From Octopus sinensis (lineage: Eukaryota): a stretch of 64,000 bases of DNA. Below, in pieces: positions 49,560 to 62,750 of the stretch. The DNA is taken from positions 44,764,001 to 44,828,000 of the forward strand of contig NC_043001.1 of NCBI RefSeq assembly GCF_006345805.1, written 5' to 3'. The notes under the pieces are model-generated. The model made no database searches. It saw nothing but the letters and a program-made list of their open reading frames with translations, and was not told the origin of the DNA. The number at the start of each line of letters is the position of its first letter. Position 1 is the stretch's first letter. The translations under genes were made by a program, and so were the position numbers.

Positions 49560-49890
49560 AAGAAATACACACAAAAATCAACCAAAGTCAATTCTCAAGC
49601 AGACTAGCTTCGACCCCCTGATTTTTGAGGTGACCGTAACCAGTCCTCCCGACTACTGGCAAAACATAAACAATCATGTAAGATTGTTTGAAAGAGAAAG
49701 AAAGAAAAAAAGAGAAGAGAAAACGGCAGCCCAAAAAGCAGCAGCAATCACAACCAATTTTGACATTCACATGTGGCCAATTCAAACACATGCTCTACAC
49801 AAGGATCAACCTCATTAGCCACATCCGCCACCAGCATTAATGGCCTAAACAATGGTAAATCAATCCTCAGATTCAAAGGATGAGCTGATG
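49560..49890 (+). mobile_element. 3' end of a BovB-like RTE LINE
   Basis: [30 protein letters not shown] matches the RTE C-terminus, followed by an RTE-like 3' terminus. Confidence 0.65.
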
Positions 49891-49964
49891 CTGACAATGA
49901 CAATGTATGTATGTATGTATGTATGCATGTATGCATGCATGCATATATGTACACCCACACACAT

Positions 49965-51410
49965 ATATATCATCATCATCATTGTTGTTTACTGTCTGGC
50001 ATGGGTTGGACAGTTCGACTGGGGGTCTGGGAAATCAGGAGGCTGCACCAGGTCCCAATCTGATCTGGCAGTGTTTCTACAGCTGGATGCCCTTCCTAAT
50101 GCCAACCACTCCAAGAGTGTAGTGGGTGCTTTTTACGTGCCACTGGAACAGGGGCCAGAGGAGGTGACATCAACCATGATCGGATGGTGCTTATTACATG
50201 CCACTGGCATGGAAGCCAGTCAAAGCGGCTCTGGCATCAGCCACGTTTGAATGGTGCTTTTTGCGTGCTCCGGTACGGGGCTCACAACTACAATTTCCAT
50301 TTGATTTGATTTTGATATTGCTGATGTACTTGACCCAATAGGTCTCCCCAAGTATGGAATGTTGCCCTATGATCCAAGGTACTTTTGAGTGGGCTGGTTA
50401 TGTGACACTGGTATAGGTTACAGCTGTGGACTCACTTTATTTGCTGGGTCTTCTCAGTCACAGTATACTTCCAGAGGTTTCAGTATTTTGTCATTGCCTC
50501 TATGAGGCCCAACATTCGAAGGTCATGCTTCACCACCTCATCCCATGTCTTCTTGGGTCTCTCTCTACCCCGGATCCCCTCCACTGTTTGGGAGTGGCAT
50601 TTCTTCACACAGCTCTCTTCGTCCATCTGCAGTACATGACCATATCAATGCAAACGTCTCTCTTGCATGCCACATCCGATGCTTCTTATGTCTAATATTT
50701 CTCTCAGGGCGCTTACGCTATCATGTGTGCACACTGACATTACACATCCAGCGGATCATGCTGGCTTCATTTCTTTCGAGCCTATGCATGTCTTCCGTGA
50801 AGCATGGCAGTTCACACACATGCATCATACAATCTACCTTTCACTTTGAGCAAGAGACTCTTTGTCACCAGTAGGGGTAGAAGCTTTCTGAACTTTGCCC
50901 AAGCTATTCTTATTCTAGTGGTAACACTCTGAGCATCCACCCCCACTACAGACATGGTCACCTTGGTAGCAGAAGCTATCAACTACTTCTACTTTCTTCT
51001 CCTGGCATGTGATGGAGTCTGTTTTCTGAGCATCTGTGGTGTCTATTGCTCCTGTGCATCTGCTGCATGTGAAAGCTATCTTCCCGGTTAATCTTCCTTT
51101 GATGTTGCTGCACCTCTTATGTGTCCATAGCTTACACTGGGTACATCTTATGGAATTTCTACCTACACCTTTTCTACAGATCGAGCAGGGCCAACTACCT
51201 GAAGCAGTGTATGATGTGCTCCCCTTCCTACTTACTAGAACTTTGGTCTTTGCAACATTGACTCTAAGGCACCAATTCTAAACCTTGCTCCCACACTTGA
51301 AGTTTCTTCTCTAGTTCTGGTAGTGATTCTATGATGACCAGGTCATCAGCATAGAAGACTTCCCAGGGGCAACCTGTCTTAAATTCCTCTGTTACTGCCT
51401 GGAGGACTAT
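49965..51410 (-). mobile_element. 5'-truncated RTE-clade LINE (RT C-terminal half plus 3' UTR)
   Basis: Minus strand FKTGCPWEVFYADDLV (~51340-51385), VEVVDSFCY, RIRIAWAKFRKLLPLL..KGRLYDACV; (gat)n tail. Identifies the source of the many (atc)n-headed fragments. Confidence 0.88.
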
Positions 51411-51794
51411 GATATATAAATATATGCATATGTATGTACACACACATACATATATATATCAATTTATACATAGACTTTAAAAGTCAATATTTTTCAGCAC
51501 CACTGTAATAATACTGATTTAATGCATTATTTTGTATATTATATAATAATACTCCAGCAATAAATTTCTGGTAAAGTGTCAATGAAATAACTGTAGACAT
51601 ATGCTATAAAACAAATTGTTCATTCCATTCTCCTTGTTGGAGTTTATATAAACTCAATGAATATCTACATATCTTCAGATATATCGTAAGTAATCCATTT
51701 TCATTGGATAATAGCCCCTCATAGCCAATACTCATGGACAGGCTTTATAAAGTATACTTTGAGGTTATAATGCAAATGGAATTATATATATATA

Positions 51795-52066
51795 TCTCAA
51801 AACAGGAGACTGAAGAAAAATTTTTGTATTATTTATTCACCATTACATGTATCTTCATTTGTTAATAAGGGTTACAAAATTGTTCAAGTGGGACAGAGAA
51901 TCAAAGAATACCTACGACTTTGTTTTGTTTCAAGAATATCTAATAGGAGATATCTTACATGTTTCACCTACATGTACAATTTTGTAACTTCTATAAGCAA
52001 ATGAAACACATGTAATGGTGAATAAATAATATCAAAAATTTTTGTTTCTAATCCCCTGTTTTGATA
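51795..52066. mobile_element. Fold-back MITE with ~90-bp inverted arms, TA on the left flank
   Basis: 51795-51883 is the reverse complement of 51976-52066 (..aaatttttg.tattatttattcaccattacatgt..gttacaaaattgt). Confidence 0.85.
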
Positions 52067-53379
52067 TGTTATTACTCTGCTAAATATATTTTCCAGACAA
52101 ATAAAACCTCTGCAAACAACCTTTGAATTACAGGAATAAGCAGATGTGCTTCAAGAGGACACAACTTGAATTATAACATATGAATGTATGTATGTATGTT
52201 CCATCATTGAACTTCCCTCCTTCAACATCTCAAATATAAGATCTCTTCCTTGAAGACGGAGGCTCATCTCATCCTATGATGGAATCAATCTACAAACATT
52301 ATTATGGATTGCCATAATACCATTACCTCCACCTCTTTAATTCTCTACATCATTGCTAATCTGTGTAAGTTAGACTTTTTTCTATGTATACATATATACA
52401 TTTTTTGTTTTCCATGTATTTATTACACTTTATATATTGATCTGTCTAATTCCCTTATCTCTACATCTACTTCTATATATGTATATGAACACATGAAACA
52501 AAAGTTATACCAGCCCTCCAACCAAGATGCCACTGCACTATTCCATAAGTCCCAGATAGCTATTTTGAACTAATACTGCTTCTGTCACTCATAATGAATA
52601 TATATATATATGTACATGGGCATATGCATGTAGATGCTGTAGTTATCTAACTTGCTAGCTCCTGTCAAACCGTCCAGCCTGAGCCAGCATAGGAGGCTGT
52701 GAAATGATGCTTCTACACACACACATATATAATTATAGATAAACAACCAATAAAAACAGAGAGAGAAAGGAAAAAAAAAAAAATGAACGTGAGGATGTGC
52801 GCAAGAAATATATTAACTTGACATTCGGTGAAGGAGAGAGTTGTTAACATTTTGAACATAGCTCTTCTTTGGAAACAGGAAAATCCAAAGGGAAAGAAGA
52901 AAAAATAAGGAAAATCGTCAACAGTCCACATGCAATATATGTATGTGTGTGTGTATATATAATATATATATATATATATATAGCATTATCATCATCGTTT
53001 TAACAGCCACTTTTCCATTCTCACATAGATCAGACAGGAATCCTTGAGACATTTTCTACTGCTGGATTCCCTTCTGGTTGTCAACCCTCACCCATTTCCC
53101 AAGTAAGGTAATATTTCCCCCATGGCTTGACATGTTTTTATGGTACTCTCAAATCACTATTGTGATTATTTGCATCCTCTGCTATGGATGTTCTAAATGC
53201 AATTGAATGCTGAACCACAACAGTTCAGGGGAACACTTTATTGCATTATGTTTATACAGATCAAATGCTTCAAGCTGAATAGATGAAAAGACAGGGAAGG
53301 AAATAGAGAGTAAAAGAATGAGAGATAAAGAGAAAAAAAAAGGAGAAAAATAGAAAAGAGAGTGGGGAGAAGGGGCATA

Positions 53380-54030
53380 CATACAGGTATGATCTTTACA
53401 GCTATGCTCCCCCCAATCCCTCTCTCAGTCAAGAGGTCCTTGTCTTGCAAGCTCCAGGTGCTAAAGCCACATAAAAAGCACCCATGCTGGTACCAAGGCA
53501 CCACATAAAATGCATCCGTGCCAGTGCCATATAAGAGGCACTGTGCCGGTGTCATAAAAAGAACCTGTGTAGGTGTCATGTAGAAAGGACCTGTGCTGGT
53601 GTCACATAGAAAGCACCTGTGCTGGTGCCATGTATAAAGCACCCTTGCCAGTGCACATATAAAGTACCCAACACACTGTAAAGTGGTTGGCATTAGGAAG
53701 GGTATCCACTCATAGAAACTATATAAAAAAAGGTGGCAAGCTGGCAGAAACGTTAGCACGCCAGGCGAAATGTTTAGCGGTATTTCGTCTGTCTTTACGT
53801 TCTGAGTTCAAATTCCGCTGAGGTCGACTTTGCCTTTCGTCCTTTCGGGGTCGATATAATCGACTTAATCCTTTTGTCTGTCCTTTCTATGTTTAGCCCC
53901 TTGTGGGCAACAAAGAAATAAGAAACTATATAAAAAGTGTCTGGTGCAACTCTCCAGCTAGCCAGCTCCTGTGAAACTGTCGAATACAGACCAGCATGGA
54001 AAACAGACATTAAATTATGATGATGAGGAA
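53380..54030 (+). mobile_element. RTE 3' UTR fragment with short tandem units, interrupted by a SINE
   Basis: Repeated aaagcacc.gtgc.ggtg.ca, then gtggttggcattaggaaggg and a (gat)n tail near 54020. Confidence 0.75.
53732..53920 (+). mobile_element. Young family B SINE with 16-bp TSD
   Basis: CpG-intact head; agaaactatataaaaa at 53714-53729 and 53921-53936. Confidence 0.9.
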
Positions 54031-54505
54031 AACTGAGACAATTCAAAGAGGTGTTTTGGTTAGTTAGCTTCAGGTGGATTTCCATCTTGTAGTTGTTTTA
54101 GAAATTATACATACATACACAAAGAGGCTCCTTTCAGTTTCCATCTACCAAATTTACTAACAAAGCTTGGTCAGCCTGGTGCCAAAAGTAGAAGACAAGG
54201 TGCTACACACTGAAACTGAACCTGAAGCCCTGTGGCTGGAAAGCAAACATCTTCACCACAAAGCCACATTTACAGATACATGTGTATATATGTAAGTACC
54301 TATCTATCTTCATATATATGTGTGTGTGTGTGTATATAAGAATGTATGTATATTTATATATCATTACATTACCATATTTTAGATAAGAGGACAGGAAGAT
54401 TTATATAAACACCAAACACCCTCACTATACTCTCAGCTTCTCCTTTCTGTTCAGTGTTTGTGTACACAAACACACACACACACACACGTGTGTGTGTGTG
54501 TGTTG

Positions 54506-54536
<31 letters not shown>

Positions 54537-56012
54537 TGTGTGTGTATGTATATATAATGAGAGTGAGATATGCATAGATTAGAGACAATGTGGAAAGCTA
54601 TTACTAAATTTGCATCGGGTAAGGAAACTACATACCATACACACTTGACTGTGTATGTGTGGGACTGAATGTGTATGTGTGTGAGTATGTGTAAATGCGT
54701 ATGTACCTCGTTCTAGCGTTATATCAGGTATTGGAATAGAGATAAAACTGGCAAGAGAGAAGGGGTGGATAGCCAGATTTATATCACTGGTCGGGTGACA
54801 GTGTATATGTGAATGTCTATACACATATGTGCCTGTGTGTATGTCTGTGTGTGTGTGTGTGTATTCTCTTCCACCATTATATTGAGTAACGAAGTCGAGA
54901 TAAAGCCTGATAGAAGTAGAGGAGGGTGAGTGCTATAGATAGATAGATAAACAGACTGCCTGACTAAGGCCAAGAGAGATAGTGTGTGTAAGCAATGTAA
55001 TGTAGGCAGGGTGTTGAAGTTGAGATAAGGCAAGAGAGAGGGAGATATAGACTGTTAGACAGATATAAAGATAGACACACTGAATAACTGAGGGGTAGTT
55101 GGATAGAGGAAAATGTATGTTTGTATACATACTCAAATTTGTATTGGTTATAGAAGTTTATATATATGTGTGTGTGTGTGAGTGAGAGAGAGAAAGAAAG
55201 AAAAAAGAATAAAGGAGGAAGTGAGAGATAGTGCGATAGGTAGGCAAAATAGACAGACTGAGAAAGACAGACAGAATGTGTATGCTGACTAGTAGTTTTA
55301 CAGATAAACAGATAAAACACACTGTGCATGAGAGATGAGCTAGGCTGTTATCGACATATCTATCAGGCTACCTTCTGAATAATAGCGACGACTACGATGA
55401 CGTTGTTGATGATGATGATAACCGGAGTTATACCAACCAACCAGGTACAGGAAGAGACATTAAGAGATAACGATCACACACACACACACGTGTGTGTGTG
55501 TGTGTGTATAAGCATACATACGTATATATAAATATATATATGTGTGTGTGTGTGTACATTTCAGGATATATACATACACACGTACAGAGCTCCTCTTTTC
55601 CCACTCACTGCTCCCCTCAACCGTCTCCTTCATTTTCTCTCAACACACACAACTATACGGATGCATGTATTGAGACACACAATGATCTACGTCGACATAT
55701 CTACACATACATATACATATACTTAAATAGAGAAATCTATAACGTTGAAAAGGAAAGACACGCACAAATCATCCATATATATGCCTACTCCGATCATTCT
55801 TTCCTTTCATCGAAAGATGTTCGTTGTATCACACACGCATGTGTGTATATGTGTGTGTTTCTGTGGCTATGAATGCGTGCATTTACCTTTGTTTTTCTTT
55901 GCATGTAAATATAGTTAAAACGTACGGTGTTAATGTGTTGTGCTTATGTGGTTAAGGGGAGGGCGGTGTATTTTTGAGGGATGTCTAGACATTCGATTTT
56001 TCATGAAGATAC

Positions 56013-56151
56013 CGTCTACATCAGAAGGTGGTAGTGGTGGTGGTGGTAGTAGTAGTAGTAGTAATAGTTTTAGATTAGAGTCAGAGAGTCCACTAAACTG
56101 AGGTCAGACATGAGTTCAGCGGAGGAGGGAACGTGGAACGTGAGGTGTGGG
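56013..56151 (-). other. Candidate non-coding internal exon (139 nt)
   Basis: Long minus-strand pyrimidine tract (56161-56200), tandem GAG/CAG acceptors, donor ACG|gtatct; stops in all three frames. Confidence 0.4.
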
Positions 56152-56792
56152 CTGCTCATGAAACAGAGCAGAGAGAAGGAGAGACAGACAAATAAATAAA
56201 GTCCAGACCAGACTAAATACACACACGCGCAGTGGGGGAAAATCAGCGTAGAAATAATGTTATCTGATTTTCCAATCTTTGGCTTTCTCTCTGTGTAGGT
56301 ACATGTATATATGCTAGCAATATGGCCACGAAATAATAACAGTAGGCTTATTTTTCAAACATATTAAGATACTGCTGGAAACAATGAACAGGGAATGAGA
56401 TTTAGTCGACTGATTCAGACGTATCCTCAGCAATCCATCAATCCCAATGAGTTGGATAAAGAGCAAAGTAAACCTAGCTGAGATTTGAACGCACAACATA
56501 AATGGACATAACTAAATACTGCTTTTCTGATTCTGTCATCGACCGTCAACTTTGGCACAAGGCCACAAATCTGTAAAGAAGGAGTGTGTCTAGTCGATTT
56601 AATCGATGCCAAATACCACTCAAGTCAATTTATCGATTTCAAAGAGGTGAAAGGCGAAGTCAACTCGGCGGGATTTGAAAACACAGTGTGGAGGGGCGGA
56701 AATAAAAACCGTAAGGTAGTTAATCTGACATTTCCCCTATTCTGCCATCCAACCGTCCTTTATTTATTATAACAATGATTCCTTACATAAGC

Positions 56793-56853
56793 ACAAGACT
56801 ACAGATTTCTTTAGGAGTGTGACAAGATTACAGATTTCTTTAGGAGTATGACA
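56793..56853. repeat. 29-bp direct tandem duplication
   Basis: acaagactacagatttctttaggagtgtg / acaagattacagatttctttaggagtatg. Confidence 0.9.
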
Positions 56854-59354
56854 CAATTGGTTGAACTGACTGTTGTATATAACTAGTACCAATATTTATA
56901 AAAAATGGATCTTGGAGTATTTATTCCTTTCCTATAGTATGAATAACATAAGCATTGTTCATACAAAAGACATAAGTGAACTAAGACATCAAATTGAGTG
57001 GACTACCCTATACACGATGAAAATATTGGTGAGCTAAGAAACGTTGAAATGAGAGGTCTTCCAATATATAAAGAAAACAATGGTCAACTAAGACGCATAG
57101 AATTTAGAAGACTACGTATATACAAAACTAAAATTCGTCAACACAATTAAGCTCAAAAGATTTTTAAAGTGGGATTTGAAATGCCATGACACCCACTCAG
57201 TTACCTTGATTCTGCATTGGATAGGCAGGGAGATACTAATATATTCAATTGTACAGCGCAACCAGGTCCTAAATTCATTTGACAATCTCCAAAAGTTTAT
57301 CTCCACTTTACCACGCACACCTCAATTTCTAACATCGGCACAAGACCAGAAATGTTAGCAATGGTTTGTCGATATCATTGCTACGAATACTTGAATGGTT
57401 TTATATTTTATCAGCCCCAGGGAAGATAAAAGGCAAAGCTTACTTTAGTAGGATTTGAACAACTAAACATAAAGAGCCAGAATAAACTATCACAAAGCAT
57501 TTTGCTTTAAAGATTATCAACCCACCGTCCTAGCATGGGAGAAAAAAAAAGATAGAATTCTTTGTTTAGACAACGAGATTAAAATGGGAACTTGTGGTAA
57601 TGCCATTCTGAAGGACACCAGCGATGGAAAGGGGGGTGCTGACATAGGTTGCAACTGGGAAGCGAAACCAAACCGCTGAGAATGTTTATCTCTTCTGACA
57701 CATGACTTTCCACCCGCATTTTTAAGATACCGTGTACATAAGACAGGATAAAAGAAACGAGAGGCAGTGGGGACGTTCATGCCTTAAACTGGATGAATAT
57801 TAACAGCAATAATTTAAACTGGAATTGTTTTGATATGCAAATCAAAACCAGAGTCGTGAACCCTAAGCTTACCTAATGTTCTTTACGTTTAATCCAACGC
57901 TTGGTTTAAAACCCTAACCCTGTCCTTTGAGTGACTTTAGCAGAGTCTACACTGTTGCAAGTATTAAGACCATATCACAAGTCTGAGGATAACCGATAAA
58001 ACAGTTTCTTTCTCCAATTCTCTCATCAGTCTCTGAGTCACTGCAAAAAAGGACATGGTTGCTGTCTTCAATCTTCTTCCATATTTTGCACCCGCGATTT
58101 CAAAATCATTATCGCACCCCTTAATAATGAAGGCTTAACAAATCAAAGTTATTCATAAGATCATTTAATGCGCTGGCTGTTGCTGTTTTTGCTCAATTAT
58201 CCTTCAAAAATGTGCTATTTTGGTGATAAGAGAGATCTGGATTTTATGTTGAACAACCAGCAGATGTCAAAGGAACTAAAACTGTGTGCGTCAACAAAAC
58301 ATAACAGATTGTTTGGCATCTTCTCACACCACGTCAGTGTAAATGTACCCTAGGTTAAAAACAACTAGAGTAAGCAATGCATTTTTTTATATATATAAAA
58401 ATAATTTACAGAGGTGGGAATAAGAAAAAAAGAGTTGTTGATATTTTCCCCAAAGGCATTATCAGGGCAAAAATAAGGGATGGATCTTCAATCGAGATTT
58501 GAAACTAAGAGTTAGAGTCTATTCACACAGGGCTTCATATTCTTTTTAACAGAAAAGAAGAGCAAGGTTTTAAACGCACCACAATCTCACTACGACAAAG
58601 AAATAATCATTGATATCTAATACTGGCACGAATTTGGGGGTGAAGGTATTGTCGATTAAATCGATACCTGTATCTGACTGCTAATTTATTTTATCGATCC
58701 CAAAAAGATAAAATGCAAAGTTCACCTCGATGGGATTTGAACTCAATATCACATTTAATTTTGTCCGACACTAACAACTCTGCCAAGCCACAGCAAATAA
58801 TTATTAAAACAGAAGTGATAAACCTTCCCTTCACCATTGCCAGTATAAATTGGTACTTTACTTTATCAATCCTGGATGTATTTTGAAAACGAGAACGCGG
58901 AGTCGTTGACTTGAACGAACACCTCAATTCTAAACCATTTTGTTGCCACCCTCTTTCTTATATAGGTACAATTTAATGTGGAAATAACAACCAAACCTCT
59001 TTGAAATCACATTTGTGTCTCAATATAAAGAGAGAACACATTGGATAATGTAGCCGAAGCTCAAAAACAAAAATAGATTAGATGATCGCGTCTGAATGCC
59101 CTTAATGGAGGGTTTGCTTCAAAGCTGATCTAGAGCTAAACGTAACCATTGTCATCATGGATGAGAAGGGAGATATTAAGATGTTAATGATTTCCCCCTA
59201 TAAACATCTTGAATATGCTGAGAACAACCGATTAACTTAACGATACTGGCAAGATTTGAATGTAAAGAACGTTGACTAAAAAGGATACATTATATAAAGT
59301 TCGGAGTATATTATCCTACGACAGCCATGACTAGAATGCATTTATCATTAATAC

Positions 59355-59760
59355 GGCAGAATCGTTCACATGTTAAGTTAACGGCATTTCTTCCGGTTTT
59401 GCATCCTGAGTTCAAATACAGTCGTGGTCGACTTTGTCTTTCCTCCTTCTGAGGTTGATAAAATAAGTATCGACTTAGCACATCCTCCGAAATTGCTGGC
59501 CTTGTGCAAAAATTTGAAAGTATTATTAATTGTTGTAATAAGTCGGTTAGCTGGCAGAATCGTTAGCACGCCGGGCAAGGTGCTTAGCGGTATTTCGTTC
59601 GTCTTTACGTTCCGAGTTCAGTTTCCGTTGAGATCGATTTTTGCCTTTCATCCTTTCGGGGTCTATAAAATAAGTACCAGTTGAACACTGGGAACGATGT
59701 AATTGACTTATCCCTCTCCAAAAATTGCTGGCCTTGTGTCAAAATTTGAAACCATTATTA
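59355..59760 (+). mobile_element. Two tandem family B SINEs; the second (59545-59760) is full-length
   Basis: gctggcagaatcgttagcacgccgggc..; tgttgtaat(a/g)ag flanks the second copy on both sides. Confidence 0.88.
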
Positions 59761-59805
59761 ACTGTTGTAATGAGAGGGAAAGACAGCGCCTGTGACCTTT
59801 TTCAG

Positions 59806-59910
59806 ATCCTCCAGGATGGATTAGAGAAAAGGAGGAAATTGTATTCAGACCAGAAAGCTGGGCCGAATCCTGTAACAGAGTGTACTCCAGTAAAGGTACC
59901 CAAGGGCCAG
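59806..59910 (+). CDS. Isolated candidate exon, 105 nt
   Basis: Acceptor gacctttttcag, donor CAG|gtattg; two frames open; no partner exons found. Confidence 0.25.
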
Positions 59911-61426
59911 GTATTGGTGTCAAATTAGGCAACAGATGAAATCTAGCAATAGGTTTGCTAAATCAACGCTAACTTGGGTTTACACAACAATAGCTGGAAC
60001 TTATTAATTTACACACTCCGGGGTCAAAAGTCAACCCGGGTCGGGTGGGTTTCTTTCTTCGTCTTTTTTTTTTCCTAGCAGCTATAATAAACAACAGTTG
60101 ATTATACTGACATCAGTATGTTTCTGGTACTTAATTTATTCACACCGGCAAGATGAAAGGAGAATGTATAGGGCCGAAGCTAAAATACACTTTGACGATT
60201 CTTGAGGTGTTCGGTCTGTTTTCAAGAGGGAATGGAAAATAGGATGTTAGTATCGGTCAGTTGGGGGTGGGGGGGTTGAACATTTATTTTCTTTTTACAG
60301 AGACATGGCCTTGATATGAGGAATTATGGAAACGGAACATTCGAATTCTGGAGTGGGTTATCACACCGCCACCATCCCGAGTTCTTACCTAAAACTTTAG
60401 GTATTACCACATGGTTTGAACTCAGAATGTAACGAGATGTCATTAAATAAGGCTAGGTATTTTATATGACACTATCAATTCTGCAAATTTACCGTCTATA
60501 AGCCATCATTTCTGAACACAAGACCTCAAATTTGGGGGATGGGATCATATCGAAAGAATAAAAGGCAAAGTTGACATTAGCAGTATTTGAACTCAAAACT
60601 AATGGTGTGACGTGTTTTTTCTTTCTTTTTTTCTTCTTTTTCTAGTCCCAGGTTAGCTTTGGGTGAAAACCTTTCACCAAAAGCATTCCATGATCATCCC
60701 TCATTTTCTGTATCAGTCAGTGTGTGCTTCCCTTTTTTTTCTTTCTTTTAAAGAAAGTATGGTGTGATTTGTAAGAACTGGGCTGCTATTTCTAGCTAGT
60801 CGAGCGGCCTCACTGTACTCACAGAAGTTGAGTATGTATAGACGATTGAATCGAACTAGTACATAAGTACTTATTATCACCTACCACCATAGCGACGAAA
60901 AAGACAACTCTTAGGGATTTGAACACGGAACATAAAATTGAAATTTAGTCAAGCCTTCTAATATTTGCCACACAAACAATAATAAATATTAACATTCAGG
61001 ATAGATAGATAGGCAAAGGTAATTAGGATGTGGTGATGTTCATGCATTTCTCAAAAGGCATAATAAGTAGCGGGGTGAAATGGCTCCAAATAGAAACTGA
61101 AGCAGTAACAGTCTCAGTTTGCAAGGCCACAAATCTTCATTTATAGGTTAAAAAAATGGTAAAATACGTTAAATGAATTTCATACAGGTATTTACATTGT
61201 GGGTGAAATTAATACTATGTATATTAAGCTCAAGGGAAAGAAGAAAATAAAACCGAGCAGAGGAAGAGTTGACGGAAGAAAGATGATATTCACACCACCA
61301 CCCCCATCCAATAAAAAATGTGAACGGAGACTTCAGATCAAATTGATAAACAAAAACTGAACTGTTTCTCCACCCACCAGTTTAAGAAACAAGTGGGAGA
61401 GATTATTAATATTATTCAGCGTGCAA

Positions 61427-61487
<61 letters not shown>

Positions 61488-62231
61488 CATAAAACCAATA
61501 TATCTTCGTTTATTTGCATCGTATTGTAATTTATCTGGAATATTATATCATGGGTAGTCTCTTCGCATCTCTTGTGGCGAATGATAGTTATACTTATCAA
61601 AATTTATTGTTTGTATGTGGATTTTGGTCAAATAGTTAAACAAAGATTAAAATAGAACTAATGATTGATAAAATATATTGATAACAAAATTTCATCATTA
61701 ACACAGAACTGCCGAACGTGATAGACAGAACAACAACAATAATAAAAATAATAATAATAATAATAATCTTTCTACTATATGCACAAGGCCAACAACAGTA
61801 ATATTAGCGTTCGAAAGAATAATGCTACTTTTCTTTCTCTCCTTCAAACCATCAACCACCCACCCCCACAGTACCCTTCTTTCTTCTTTAAACAAGCTGA
61901 CTATAAAATAAGGGACCGTATAAAAATCATTTAAACTCCCACTTGAATACTGACTGTGGCTATACACATTCTCTAAAAAGATGGAAACAAAATAATAAAA
62001 ACCATTTTTAAAAAATACAGTGGAGTGGTCATCAAAGAATATAGGGATCAACTTTACTAAGGATTCCCGTTAATTCCCTGCTACTCCATCACACACACAC
62101 GCCACATACAAATAATACAAGCTACTCTCTATACCCGACATAACGATGAAAAACCCTAACATTACAATAGACAAATGATGACCACAGGCGAAATCGGGTG
62201 GAGAGACATATATGATGAAAGTGTATATGTG

Positions 62232-62264
<33 letters not shown>

Positions 62265-62583
62265 CCTATAGATAGTGTGTGTGATGGGTGTTATGTGGCA
62301 AACGAATCAGTATGTGCATATATATATATATATATCAATCTTAGTATTTACTCTTTTTAAATTTAGGGTACTCATGGGGAACAGAGAAATGTGTATGCTA
62401 AGGGTTAATTGAATCAAACATCAACAATAACATCAACTATATATTTAAATTAAAGAAAATGTGAAAGAAAGGACACAAGAAATAGATAATAAAAATTAAC
62501 TGCAAGATAAAAAAGATTACTGTTATAAATATATGCATATGTGTGAGTGTATATATATATATATATATGTTATATATACCTAC

Positions 62584-62730
62584 CGTATAATTTGTTTTAA
62601 AACAAAAGATGGTCAGTTCATAACAAAACACAAGCATCAAGCGAGCACTGACTTCAATTAAAGGCGACTAAGGGTGGTTGCTGAGTGGTGGAGGAGAGGA
62701 GGAGGGTAAAGCAAAGCAACCGATAGATTT
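62584..62730 (-). other. Candidate first exon of a minus-strand transcript
   Basis: Donor ACG|gtaggt (intron starts at 62583), CpG-rich context, directly downstream of an NRF1-like site; the 5' limit is approximate. Confidence 0.35.
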
Positions 62731-62738
62731 GACAGAGA

Positions 62739-62750
62739 TGCGCGTGCGCA
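62739..62750. promoter_or_regulatory. NRF1/Ewg-like motif TGCGCGTGCGCA in a CpG-rich promoter-like patch
   Basis: One mismatch to the TGCGCATGCGCA palindrome; locally GC-rich unique sequence. Confidence 0.45.

Noticed and set aside
58001-58029. Minus-strand CUGAUGA...GAAAC hammerhead-like core
   Set aside because: The intervening gagaattggagaaa cannot form stem II, and stem I is weak.
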